A stretch of DNA of 59,964 nt from Candidatus Coatesbacteria bacterium (lineage in GTDB: Bacteria > JAFGND01), in contig JAFGND010000064.1 of assembly GCA_016927185.1 (NCBI GenBank), positions 1 through 59,964 on the forward strand, in the 5' to 3' direction. Shown one piece after another: positions 1 through 9,076 of the stretch. Made by a program: the position numbers and the translations under genes. Numbering within the stretch: position 1 is the stretch's first letter; each line of letters opens with the position of its first letter. The notes below the pieces were generated by a model. The model did not search any database. It worked only from the letters and a program-made list of their open reading frames with translations, and was not told where the DNA came from.

Positions 1-2
1 CT

Positions 3-479
3 CATTTATTGGATAGCAGGATGAAAGGAACAATCAAATCAGGTATACCCAAAAAAATATCATATATAATATCATTATTCATAATAAAGGATGATAAGGA
101 ATACTCTATTGATCGTTATGAGTTTTTACAGGAAATAAGCTATGATGTATGGGAAGAGGAATTCCATGTGAAACTTGATAATGATATAAGCCAGACTTTT
201 GATAATGATGATGAGGCTTTTTCAGCACTATGTACTTTGAATGGAATTAGATTATCTATTCCTGAACAATTCAAAGTCCACAATTTATTTTTTATTGTTG
301 TTGCGGCAAAAAGCGAACCTTTTTCAAGCAAGGAGAAAGAAGCTCTTCGAAACTGGGTTTCAACAGATAGAGGTAAAGGGATTTCTTTTCAGGGGCTTCT
401 CGACTTTTTTTTAGAAAAAGGTATAAAAACCACGGAGAAGAAAATACTTATTAAAAGCCCTTTATATAAGAGTAAATAA
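3..479 (+). CDS. Hypothetical protein, DUF4390-like, 5'-truncated by window edge
   Basis: Frame is open from position 3. It has a 'YDVWEEEF' segment and sits directly upstream of an NtrY-like kinase, the usual DUF4390 context. Confidence 0.5.
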   Translation, partial: HLLDSRMKGTIKSGIPKKISYIISLFIIKDDKEYSIDRYEFLQEISYDVWEEEFHVKLDNDISQTFDNDDEAFSALCTLNGIRLSIPEQFKVHNLFFIVVAAKSEPFSSKEKEALRNWVSTDRGKGISFQGLLDFFLEKGIKTTEKKILIKSPLYKSK

Positions 480-480
480 A

Positions 481-1953
481 ATGATTTTTAAAACATTGAG
501 ATCAAGCATAATATTCATACTATTGATTGGGTATGCATTATTGGTTATCCCACTAATTCTAGTTACAAGGGGAATAACAAACAGGGCTCTTGGACTGGGA
601 ATAAATCCTGATGTTGAAGAAACGCTTCAAGGAGCTACCAGGTTAGCTCAGGTAAGATATCAGGAGAAAAAGAGATTCTTGACAAGATCAGTTTCTGCTC
701 AATTATCATATGGAGAGGAATTACTAAACAGTGATCTGAATGAACTTGAACCAAGAGAACTGATATGGGCAATTACAGATAGCAATTATACAATAATAAA
801 AGCTGAGAAAGATTTCCCTGCGAATTTCTTGACTTCTGTTTCAAAATCATATCAGAGAGATGAAAAAACATTGGTATACAGGCAGCCATTATCAGATAGA
901 TATGTCGTTTGGGGATGCAACAAACTTGATGATGAATTTGTTAAACAGTTTGAATCATCTATTGCAGCAGTGCAGAATTATGATAGGCTGAAACGACAGA
1001 AAGTTGAATTGGAAAGCAGTCTGAACAGGTTATTCCTATTAACAGCTTTCATAATGATCATTTTTGGGACTTTCATAGGAGTTATTTTTTCAAGGGGAAT
1101 TACGAAACCTCTGGTTAAGCTTATTGAAGGGACTTCTAAAATAGCAAAAGGAGATTTTTCCACTCGTATAAAGGTAATGCCAAGAGGAGAAATTGGCTTG
1201 CTAATAGGAGCATTTAATTCTATGGCAGAACAGCTGGAAAATTATGAAATAGAGAAACAAAGGGTGCAGGAGGAAAAACTGAAAGAACAGAAAATAGTAA
1301 TGTGGCAGCAGATCGCTAAACAGATGGCTCATGAGATTATGAATCCATTGACTCCAATTTCTCTTAGTATTCAGCATTTAAAAGATATATATACTGAGAA
1401 ACCTGAGATTTTTAAGGATGTATTGAATAATTGTACACAGAAAATCCTGGAAGAAATCTCACATCTGAAGAAACTTGTAATGAGTTTTCAGAAATTTGCC
1501 AAGCTTCCTGAACCTAATATGAGTATGATTAGTTTGAAAGAACTTGTAATAGATTTTATAAGATTTCAGCATAATGAAAGAATCAGATTTGCTTTTGAGT
1601 GTCTTGTTGAAAATCCTTTAATAGAAGCAGACAAACAGCTTATTGAACAGATTCTTCTCAACCTGACTCAAAACAGCATTCAAGCAGAAGAAAGCAACAG
1701 GATAATTAATTTGAAGATAAAAATAGAAAAAGAGAAGAATAAGATTATCTTGCAATTCATGGATGACGGACCTGGAGTAAAGGAAGAAGATCTGGAAAAA
1801 CTTACAGATATTTATTTTACAACAAAAGAATCTGGAAGAGGATTAGGTTTAACGATAGTTGATAGAATTTTAGATCAGCATAAAGCTATCATAAATTTTA
1901 GAAACAATCATCCCAGGGGTTTGATAGTAATTATGACATTTCCAGAAGTCTAA
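481..1953 (+). CDS. HAMP-domain membrane sensor histidine kinase (NtrY-like)
   Basis: Two TM segments, HAMP (ITKPLVKL...GEIGLLIGAFNSM), H-box WQQIAKQMAHEIMNPLTPI, N-box NLTQNS, G-boxes DDGPG and GRGLGL. Confidence 0.93.
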   Translation: MIFKTLRSSIIFILLIGYALLVIPLILVTRGITNRALGLGINPDVEETLQGATRLAQVRYQEKKRFLTRSVSAQLSYGEELLNSDLNELEPRELIWAITDSNYTIIKAEKDFPANFLTSVSKSYQRDEKTLVYRQPLSDRYVVWGCNKLDDEFVKQFESSIAAVQNYDRLKRQKVELESSLNRLFLLTAFIMIIFGTFIGVIFSRGITKPLVKLIEGTSKIAKGDFSTRIKVMPRGEIGLLIGAFNSMAEQLENYEIEKQRVQEEKLKEQKIVMWQQIAKQMAHEIMNPLTPISLSIQHLKDIYTEKPEIFKDVLNNCTQKILEEISHLKKLVMSFQKFAKLPEPNMSMISLKELVIDFIRFQHNERIRFAFECLVENPLIEADKQLIEQILLNLTQNSIQAEESNRIINLKIKIEKEKNKIILQFMDDGPGVKEEDLEKLTDIYFTTKESGRGLGLTIVDRILDQHKAIINFRNNHPRGLIVIMTFPEV

Positions 1954-1967
1954 ACAAGGAGTTTTGA

Positions 1968-3374
1968 ATGTACAGCATTTTGATAGCAGATGATGAGAAG
2001 AACATAAGATCAAGTCTGGAGATGATTTTATCAAGTGAACCTGATTATCAGATATTTCTAGCTGCTGATGGAGCACAAGCAATCCAGATAATACAGAATG
2101 AGAATATTGATCTATTAATCCTGGATCTTAAGATGCCAGTTATGGATGGATATCAGGTTCTTAAACACCTGCAAGATAAAGATATAATTGTAATAGTAAT
2201 ATCAGGATTTGCAGATGTGGAAACAGCAGTACAGGCAATGAAATATGGAGCATATGATTTCATAGAAAAACCTTTATCTAAAGAAAAGATACTTGTAAAT
2301 ATTAGAAACTCCCTTGAAAGCAGAAGTATAAAGCAAGAGAACAAGCAGCTTAAGGAAACAGTATCTTCTCAATATGTAATGATTTATAGTGATCAAAAAA
2401 TGCAGAAGCTGGTTCAGGAAGTAGAAAAGATTGCTCCAACAAATGCAACAGTACTTATTTGTGGAGAAAGTGGAACAGGCAAAGAAGCTTTTGCAAATCT
2501 GATACATGAAAAGAGCAAAAGATCATCCTATCCTTTCGTAAAAGTAAATTGTGCTGCAATTCCGGAGAGCCTTATAGAAAGTGAGCTTTTTGGTTTTGAA
2601 AAGGGAAGTTTCACGAATGCATATAAGGCAAGAAAAGGCAAGTTCGAACTTGCACACAGAGGGACTCTTTTTCTTGATGAAATAGGGGAAATGAGTCTTT
2701 CAACTCAGGTGAAGATATTAAGAGTGCTTCAAGAAGGAGAATTTGAGAGAATTGGTGGAGAAAAAGGCATCAGGGTAGATGTAAGATTGGTTGTTGCTAC
2801 TAATAAAAATCTCGCCCAGGAAGTAAGAGAAGGTAGATTCAGAGAAGATCTTTTCTACAGAATAAATGTGATAAATTTCCAGATTCCCCCTTTAAGGCAA
2901 AGATATTCTGATATTCCCTTAATTATCGATTTCTATATAGATAAATTCTGCAGGGATTACGGCTTGCCTGAAAAGAAAGTGAGTTCACATGTTTACAATG
3001 AGCTCTCTGCTTATAGCTGGCCTGGTAATGTGAGAGAACTCAGAAATCTTATAGAAAGGCTTGTCATTATTACTGAAGGCAATATTATAAATGCAAGCGG
3101 CTTGGAAAAACATGTTGCAGCTTCTGTAAGCGAATCAAAAGTTGAAAGTGAAGTAATTTCATTTAAATCAGAGAAGATTGTCCCTTTAAGGGACTTCAGG
3201 GCAAAAACAGAAGAAGAATACATTATTCATGTCCTGAATCTGACTCAATGGAATATTACTCAGGCATCTGAAATACTTGGTATAGAGCGAACATATCTCC
3301 ACAGGAAAATCAAGGCATACAATCTGAAAAAGATTACTAGTACACAAATAGAAAAAGAAACTGAGTTCGACTAG
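1968..3374 (+). CDS. Sigma-54-dependent response regulator (NtrC/NtrX-like; REC-AAA+-HTH)
   Basis: Receiver (ADDE, DLKMP), Walker A GESGTGKE, Walker B LFLDEIGE, RFREDLFYR, WPGNVREL, Fis-type HTH. RBS AGGAG lies upstream. Confidence 0.95.
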   Translation: MYSILIADDEKNIRSSLEMILSSEPDYQIFLAADGAQAIQIIQNENIDLLILDLKMPVMDGYQVLKHLQDKDIIVIVISGFADVETAVQAMKYGAYDFIEKPLSKEKILVNIRNSLESRSIKQENKQLKETVSSQYVMIYSDQKMQKLVQEVEKIAPTNATVLICGESGTGKEAFANLIHEKSKRSSYPFVKVNCAAIPESLIESELFGFEKGSFTNAYKARKGKFELAHRGTLFLDEIGEMSLSTQVKILRVLQEGEFERIGGEKGIRVDVRLVVATNKNLAQEVREGRFREDLFYRINVINFQIPPLRQRYSDIPLIIDFYIDKFCRDYGLPEKKVSSHVYNELSAYSWPGNVRELRNLIERLVIITEGNIINASGLEKHVAASVSESKVESEVISFKSEKIVPLRDFRAKTEEEYIIHVLNLTQWNITQASEILGIERTYLHRKIKAYNLKKITSTQIEKETEFD

Positions 3375-4111
3375 AAGAATAAATTACTTCCTTTTTTAAA
3401 TCTTAATCCCAGCAATCCATATTTGGTTTTTCGTGAATCGCAATCATGTAATTCAAATTTACTGTTATAACTTCCGAACAAGCCCAATTCCATTTTTTCA
3501 GGAATATAGGAGATTGACAATTCCTGGAGATGGCTGAGGTTATTCCTTTCATAAGCACTTGTAACTTCAACTGTATAAGAAGGTCTTAAGAATATTTTGC
3601 TTTTTTTGAAAATTGGTATATTTGAATATATTTGACTATAAAGACTCCAATTCCTGGATGCTTTATGATTACCTCCATAAGCACCCCACATACTTGATAG
3701 AACAATGAATGAGAGTTCCTGGTTTATGCAGATATAATAGTATTCCCAGGATTCTGTTGTAAGATCCCATCTATCTACATTATGTCTGCATTGATGCCAT
3801 ATTCCCGAGAATAAAGTTGTTTTGTTCAGTCTATGGGAAGCTTTTATTTCAATATCATATTGAAGGAAATTTGGCTGCCAGATAACTCCCTTTGGATCAT
3901 CCTCAACAAAAGATCTCACTGCAAAACGCAGATTCATTTTATTCGTTGGATTTTCAAAAATTATCGGTATTACCTCACAAGTGACAAGCCAGTTTATGGT
4001 TGTAGTGTCAGAAAAACCTTTTGCCCATGAAAAGCTGCCATCCAAATCTGGAAATATTTCGCTATGCAAATTGATACTAAGACTATAAAAAAGCAAACCT
4101 ACAAAAAACAT
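3371..4111 (-). CDS. Hypothetical exported protein, probable outer-membrane beta-barrel
   Basis: Signal-peptide-like N-terminus, aromatic-rich alternating beta-strand pattern, C-terminal Phe. Confidence 0.55.
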   Translation of the reverse strand: MFFVGLLFYSLSINLHSEIFPDLDGSFSWAKGFSDTTTINWLVTCEVIPIIFENPTNKMNLRFAVRSFVEDDPKGVIWQPNFLQYDIEIKASHRLNKTTLFSGIWHQCRHNVDRWDLTTESWEYYYICINQELSFIVLSSMWGAYGGNHKASRNWSLYSQIYSNIPIFKKSKIFLRPSYTVEVTSAYERNNLSHLQELSISYIPEKMELGLFGSYNSKFELHDCDSRKTKYGLLGLRFKKGSNLFF

Positions 4112-4235
4112 GCAAAAACCGCTTTAAAAATAGATAGTTTTGTAAAGTAATTTCTTTAACAAGTACCAATCAAAAAATATTATTTACAAAACTTTATATT
4201 TTACAAAGCTTAGTAAGCATTATTTTGATTGAATA

Positions 4236-4285
4236 ATTTATGAACAGGTAAATAGGATAATAGTTCTATTATCTAGTTCATAAAT
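4236..4285. repeat. Nested inverted repeat in divergent intergenic region
   Basis: ATTTATGAAC (4236-4245) pairs with GTTCATAAAT (4276-4285). Inner GATAATAG (4256-4263) pairs with CTATTATC (4266-4273). Confidence 0.7.
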
Positions 4286-4387
4286 CAGGCAACAAAGCTT
4301 TAATAAGATTAGATTATTAGTGACTAGAAGGGAAAAAAGCATTGACGTTTGATTAGGGATTCCTAAGAAGGGGCAAGGATTAAAGAA

Positions 4388-4963
4388 ATGAAGCTAAAAA
4401 CAGCGCTTATTATTATAGGTATTTATGCTATTATTAGTGCATATATTCTGATAAAGGGAGATACTGATCCCCTTATTCATATTGAAGACAGACTAAAGAA
4501 ATTCAAGGATGCACTTCCTTCAGAAGTGAGGGATCCTTTTGAAAAAGGGGATTATGATTCTGCAACTATAGCACTGGAGGAGATACATACAAAAGCCATA
4601 TTATATAAAATAGGATCAGGCTTGGTAGAACATCAGAAAAAAACTGGCAAGTTTGTTGATAAGATTGCATTATTAGAAGATGAAATACCCTTTGCTATTT
4701 CTTACAGAAATCCAGTCAATAATGAGCCTTTGGAGATAAAAATTTCAGAAGATGGAAAGACAGCAACAATTAGTGCGAATTTTAAGGAAAAGGAATCCAT
4801 AAAGATTGATGTTTCTGAACTTGAGAAATACAAACCTTTTTATGAGAAAATGCAGAAGATAGATATAATCAAGGACGAAGAAGGAATAAATATATTTACT
4901 CCCAAGGAAGTTATTCTCTTCTTTAAGGATTACTTTGTAGACAAACTGAGCAAGAAAAAATGA
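4388..4963 (+). CDS. Hypothetical protein with N-terminal membrane anchor
   Basis: 191-aa ORF with hydrophobic N-terminus and an ATGA overlap with the next gene. Confidence 0.75.
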   Translation: MKLKTALIIIGIYAIISAYILIKGDTDPLIHIEDRLKKFKDALPSEVRDPFEKGDYDSATIALEEIHTKAILYKIGSGLVEHQKKTGKFVDKIALLEDEIPFAISYRNPVNNEPLEIKISEDGKTATISANFKEKESIKIDVSELEKYKPFYEKMQKIDIIKDEEGINIFTPKEVILFFKDYFVDKLSKKK

Positions 4964-5928
4964 AAAAGTCAATAATACTAATTATAATGAGTTTTTTAAG
5001 CACGTTGTATGCAACCAAATATGCAGGGGAATTCCTTTCTTATGGTATAGGAGCTAGAACTCTTGGAATGGGTGGAGGAGGAATTGCATTAAATCTAGGT
5101 ACTGAAGCATTATACTGGAATCCAGCTTCCTTGGGAAGAATGCAAACTCCTGAAATACTTGCGATGCATTGTGAACAATTCGGAGGATTATCGCAATTTG
5201 ATTTTATTGGTTTCAGTAAAAGATATAAAACGGATGAGGGTATTGGAATAGGTCTTTCTATGTTAAGCGTACCTGATATACCATATACTGAACTACCTGA
5301 TCCTTCGAAACCTCCTTCAGCGGATAACAGGCCATATATAAGTAAATATGTAACGAGCAGGGATTTTGCACTTAATCTTGGTTACAGCAGATACTTCAAG
5401 AATGTTGTTTCAAGCAAGGGATTAGTATTGGGAGCTACTTTTAAAGGGATATACAGGCATCTTGGAGATGATTCTGCTTATGGAGGTGGATTTGATTTGG
5501 GTATGCAGTTTCCTGTTCATCCAAGATTGGTAATAGGAACAATAGTAAAAGACTGCTTTACAACACCACTTATCTGGAGCACTGGGAAGAAGGAGATAAT
5601 TGTTCCATCACCATGGTTGGGTTTTGCTTACAGAATGCCTTTTATTTTTGGTGGAGAATTAACATTAATGAGTGACACTGAATGGCATTTCGAGAACAGA
5701 CAGACTGCAGACCAGTTTTCATTGGGAAAAACTACGATGAATCTTCATTATGGAATAGAATATTTAATAAAGAAGAGGGTAGCATTGAGAGCTGGAAGTG
5801 ATGAAGGCGTATTTACTGCTGGTTCAGGGATTTATCTGAACAAGATTGCTTTGAATTATGCTTTCTTGTCTGATGATGATTTCAATGGATCATCGCACAG
5901 GATTTCAGGGAATTATTTTTTTAAATAG
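4960..5928 (+). CDS. PorV/PorQ (UPF0164)-like outer-membrane protein
   Basis: Signal peptide, FLSYGIGARTLGMGG and ALYWNPASL motifs, C-terminal YGIEY..ALRAG..HRIS strands typical of PorV/FadL-like barrels. Confidence 0.85.
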   Translation: MKKSIILIIMSFLSTLYATKYAGEFLSYGIGARTLGMGGGGIALNLGTEALYWNPASLGRMQTPEILAMHCEQFGGLSQFDFIGFSKRYKTDEGIGIGLSMLSVPDIPYTELPDPSKPPSADNRPYISKYVTSRDFALNLGYSRYFKNVVSSKGLVLGATFKGIYRHLGDDSAYGGGFDLGMQFPVHPRLVIGTIVKDCFTTPLIWSTGKKEIIVPSPWLGFAYRMPFIFGGELTLMSDTEWHFENRQTADQFSLGKTTMNLHYGIEYLIKKRVALRAGSDEGVFTAGSGIYLNKIALNYAFLSDDDFNGSSHRISGNYFFK

Positions 5929-5938
5929 GAGGTATGAA

Positions 5939-6172
5939 ACGTTACCTGATAAGAATAACAAATCTGAATTAGGTAAGATTATCTGGTATGATAAGTGGAA
6001 AAAAATAGGTTTTCTGGAAAGAATTAGTGGGGAGCATGCTTTTTTTCACGAAACTGCCTGTATTGCAGAAGAACTAGAATTACTGGAACCAGGTAAAACA
6101 GTAGAATATGTTTATTTCACTAGCAAAAGAGGAAGTAGAGCAATTAATGTCCGTTTAGTTAACAATCAATAA
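5939..6172 (+). CDS. Cold-shock domain protein (start codon uncertain)
   Basis: GKIIWYDKWKKIGFL...AFFH...LEPGKTVEY...GSRAINVR matches the cold-shock OB fold. The SD AGGAGG (5927-5932) precedes only non-canonical in-frame codons. The track start at 5858 overlaps the upstream gene. Confidence 0.75.
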   Translation, partial: TLPDKNNKSELGKIIWYDKWKKIGFLERISGEHAFFHETACIAEELELLEPGKTVEYVYFTSKRGSRAINVRLVNNQ

Positions 6173-6186
6173 TCAAGGGGGTATAA

Positions 6187-6939
6187 ATGAATCAGAAAGG
6201 CAACAAACAAATAGATATTAAAACAGTTGAAGATGCATTACTGGATAGAGAAGTCATCGATGATCGTTTTGATAAGCTTTTGCGTCAGTTCAATACAATA
6301 GAAAAACTGAAAAAGGATTATGAGCAGAAAGTCAAGAATAGCACAAAAATGCTGAAGGATTACCAAACACAAATAGAAGATTCAATAAAGGAAGCCAACA
6401 AATCATTAAGGGAATTCAAGAAGAAGGAAGAAGGTATAAATCAGGAACTTTCAGATGTTATGTTAAGGCACAGCATTGGCGAAATAAATGACAAAGAATC
6501 TGCTGATAAAGAAGCTGCATTGAAAAAAGAAATAGGTAATATTAAAAGACAGATGTCAGAAGCATTGCAGAAAAGAAAAAAATACGCAGATTTATCAGAA
6601 AAAATCAAGGATCTTAATCTTGATTATTCTGATATAGCAACAGATATAAATGAAGATGAGATAAATGAAGCATTAGATGCCTTAGGTGATACAGAAACCA
6701 AGGAAGAAAAGGAAAATATTGTTGAGGAAAAAAATAAGGATATTCCTGTAGTCGATGCAAAGAAGCAAGATAAAGAAGATAAGAAAAAAGAGAGCCAGGA
6801 ATTTGATATAATGGATGAAATAGAGGAACTGGAATCTGAGGAAGTTGCTGAGGTTACCTGTAGTGTATGTGGTGAAAAGAACATCCTTGATGATAACAAG
6901 GAAATGAGATGCAAGAAATGCGGAGCAGATTTATTGTAG
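6187..6939 (+). CDS. Coiled-coil protein with C-terminal zinc ribbon
   Basis: Long K/E heptad region, LRHSIGEI motif, acidic linker, CSVCG...CKKCG. Confidence 0.8.
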   Translation: MNQKGNKQIDIKTVEDALLDREVIDDRFDKLLRQFNTIEKLKKDYEQKVKNSTKMLKDYQTQIEDSIKEANKSLREFKKKEEGINQELSDVMLRHSIGEINDKESADKEAALKKEIGNIKRQMSEALQKRKKYADLSEKIKDLNLDYSDIATDINEDEINEALDALGDTETKEEKENIVEEKNKDIPVVDAKKQDKEDKKKESQEFDIMDEIEELESEEVAEVTCSVCGEKNILDDNKEMRCKKCGADLL

Positions 6940-6989
6940 GAAAGAAATAGGGGTAATGACATTATTGAAAGCATAACCGGAAAGAAGTA

Positions 6990-8015
6990 ATGAACAGGCT
7001 TCCAAATGAAACTAGTGCAATCAAGCTTGAAGGCACATTGAGAAACGTGGATGAGATTCCAGGTTCTATCATGGTTATTGGTGAAGATGAATATCTTCAG
7101 AATCATTCCATTGATGTGCTGAAGGCCTATTTCCTTAAAAAGGGTGGGGAAATTGAGAAGTTTGATGCTGAAATTACGGATTTGCTTACATGTCTGGATA
7201 GCATTTCAAATCTCAGCATGTTTTCATCAAGAAAACTATCTATTATATATAATGCTGACAAGATAAATATAGCAGATGAAAAAAGAAGATTTGAAGAATT
7301 AGTTTTTACATCGGACAATGATAGATTGATTGTTTTTGTAACCAGCAAACTTGATGGAAGAACTTCTGTTGCCAAAATCCTGAACAAGATTCCCAAAATC
7401 GACTGCAAGAAAATGAAACCTCACATTTTGAAAGACTGGTGCACAGGCTATCTTAAGGAAAAGAGCATCAGAATTAAAGACAAATTGCTTGATGAAATAA
7501 TTTATGAATATAGCGACAATACAGCATTATTGGTATCTGAGTTTGACAAGATGTTATTGTATTTACCTAAAGATGGAGAATTTAAGGAAGAGCTACTAAA
7601 TCTGATGAGTCCTAATTTTAAAGCATCAAGCTATGATTTTGTCAATGCCATTATGGAAAGAAAGGTTTTAAAAGCATGGGATTATCTAAATAACATAGAA
7701 CTTTACAAGGGACTCCAGAATGAGTCCATGCTTATATTAACTGCACTCTATAAAGAATTCGTAAAACTTTTCCGGATAAAAGCATATATGGCTGCTAATG
7801 TTTCCAAACAAGAAATTGCTAATAAGATGTTCTTAAAGGAGTATCTATTGGCCAGTTATATTAATAATTCAAGCAAATGGGATTACAATGAATTAAAATT
7901 AGCTTGCATTTTAATTGCTGATTTAGACAAGGATTTAAAATTATTGAATGTTAACAGTATTTTTCTTTGGAAGAATTTTATAATTGAACTACTTAATGAA
8001 AAGGTGGTAGCATGA
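6990..8015 (+). CDS. holA: DNA polymerase III subunit delta
   Basis: IGEDEYL N-terminal motif, NLSMFSSRKL, EFDKMLLY, DLDKDLK C-terminus; typical length. Confidence 0.8.
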   Translation: MNRLPNETSAIKLEGTLRNVDEIPGSIMVIGEDEYLQNHSIDVLKAYFLKKGGEIEKFDAEITDLLTCLDSISNLSMFSSRKLSIIYNADKINIADEKRRFEELVFTSDNDRLIVFVTSKLDGRTSVAKILNKIPKIDCKKMKPHILKDWCTGYLKEKSIRIKDKLLDEIIYEYSDNTALLVSEFDKMLLYLPKDGEFKEELLNLMSPNFKASSYDFVNAIMERKVLKAWDYLNNIELYKGLQNESMLILTALYKEFVKLFRIKAYMAANVSKQEIANKMFLKEYLLASYINNSSKWDYNELKLACILIADLDKDLKLLNVNSIFLWKNFIIELLNEKVVA

Positions 8016-8233
8016 TACCATTTGTTCAGATAGGTCTGCTTTTTTCTTTTTTACTTGTAATATTTGCTATGCTGAAAAAAGTGGGAATCATACCAGAATT
8101 ATTGTTTTTTGGTCTCACATCAAGAACATTAATGGTAGGAGCTTTTTATATCGTGCTTTTAATGATATCTTTGGTTTTAATTGAGATTTGGAAGAAGTTG
8201 ACTAATGGTAAAGGAGGCGGGAATGACCGTTGA
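8012..8233 (+). CDS. Small membrane protein (two TM helices)
   Basis: 73-aa hydrophobic ORF with an ATGA overlap with holA. Confidence 0.65.
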   Translation: MIPFVQIGLLFSFLLVIFAMLKKVGIIPELLFFGLTSRTLMVGAFYIVLLMISLVLIEIWKKLTNGKGGGNDR

Positions 8234-9068
8234 TATCAAAGAGCTACAGGAACTGCTTAAGCAGAAAGAAACTCTAATTGATCGTTTGAAAAAACTTGAG
8301 GAAAAGAAGAAAGAAGTAAAAGAGAAAATCTATGTCAAAATAAGAGCAGATTATCAAATTCAGCTGGAAAGTCTTCAAGAAAACGTATTTAAGAAGAGTG
8401 TTTCTTTGAAGAATGAACTTAGTCAACTAAGGACTCAACAGCAGGAGATAAAAGACAAATATACTGTAGTGAAGGATGAAATTGATGAACTTAATGTAAG
8501 GCATGAACTCGGGGAATACAATAATGAAGAGGAATATAAACGAATTGTATCAACTGAAGATGAGAAGCTGAAAAATTTTGATCATAAATTGCAGATGATA
8601 AATGAAAGAATAAATCTTTATTCTTCCATGATTGAGAAAAGTGAGGATTCAGGCGGTTTTATACAAAAAGAGGAAGTTCTTGAGGAACAAGAAGTTCCTA
8701 TTGAAAGCGATTTAGATGAAATTCCTTCTGAAGATCTTGCTCCAGTTGAAGCTGTAACATCAGTTGAAGAAATACCAGAAGAAATCATAGAAGTAACCTA
8801 TTGCTCTAGATGTGGTGCAGAAAATCCCATTGATGCAAAGAATTGCAAGGAATGTGGTAGTGATCTGGAAGAGGGTCCAAGCATTGTTTGCCCAAGTTGT
8901 GGCGCTATTAATGACATGGATGCCAAGAATTGCAAGGAATGTGGTAGTGATCTAGCTGATGACGTATTCGAGACAATAGAATGCCCAGAGTGCGGAGCCA
9001 AGAATTCCTTTGATCAGACAAACTGTACCGAATGCGGCGCTGAACTGATACCAATTGACGATATATAG
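8223..9068 (+). CDS. Coiled-coil protein with three C-terminal zinc ribbons
   Basis: SD AAGGAGG before ATG 8223, coiled coil with VRHELGEY, three CxxC-x10-CxxC ribbons. Confidence 0.85.
   Translation: MTVDIKELQELLKQKETLIDRLKKLEEKKKEVKEKIYVKIRADYQIQLESLQENVFKKSVSLKNELSQLRTQQQEIKDKYTVVKDEIDELNVRHELGEYNNEEEYKRIVSTEDEKLKNFDHKLQMINERINLYSSMIEKSEDSGGFIQKEEVLEEQEVPIESDLDEIPSEDLAPVEAVTSVEEIPEEIIEVTYCSRCGAENPIDAKNCKECGSDLEEGPSIVCPSCGAINDMDAKNCKECGSDLADDVFETIECPECGAKNSFDQTNCTECGAELIPIDDI
8838..8953 (+). repeat. Exact 29-bp intragenic direct repeat (zinc-ribbon duplication)
   Basis: AAGAATTGCAAGGAATGTGGTAGTGATCT at 8838-8866 and 8925-8953 (87-bp period), encoding KNCKECGSDL twice. Confidence 0.9.
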
Positions 9069-9076
9069 AATTCGCT

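Noticed and set aside
4136-4193. 11-bp inverted repeats as ends of an invertible promoter
   Set aside because: Only 36 bp lie between the repeats and no recombinase gene is in the window. Kept only as a possible regulatory feature.
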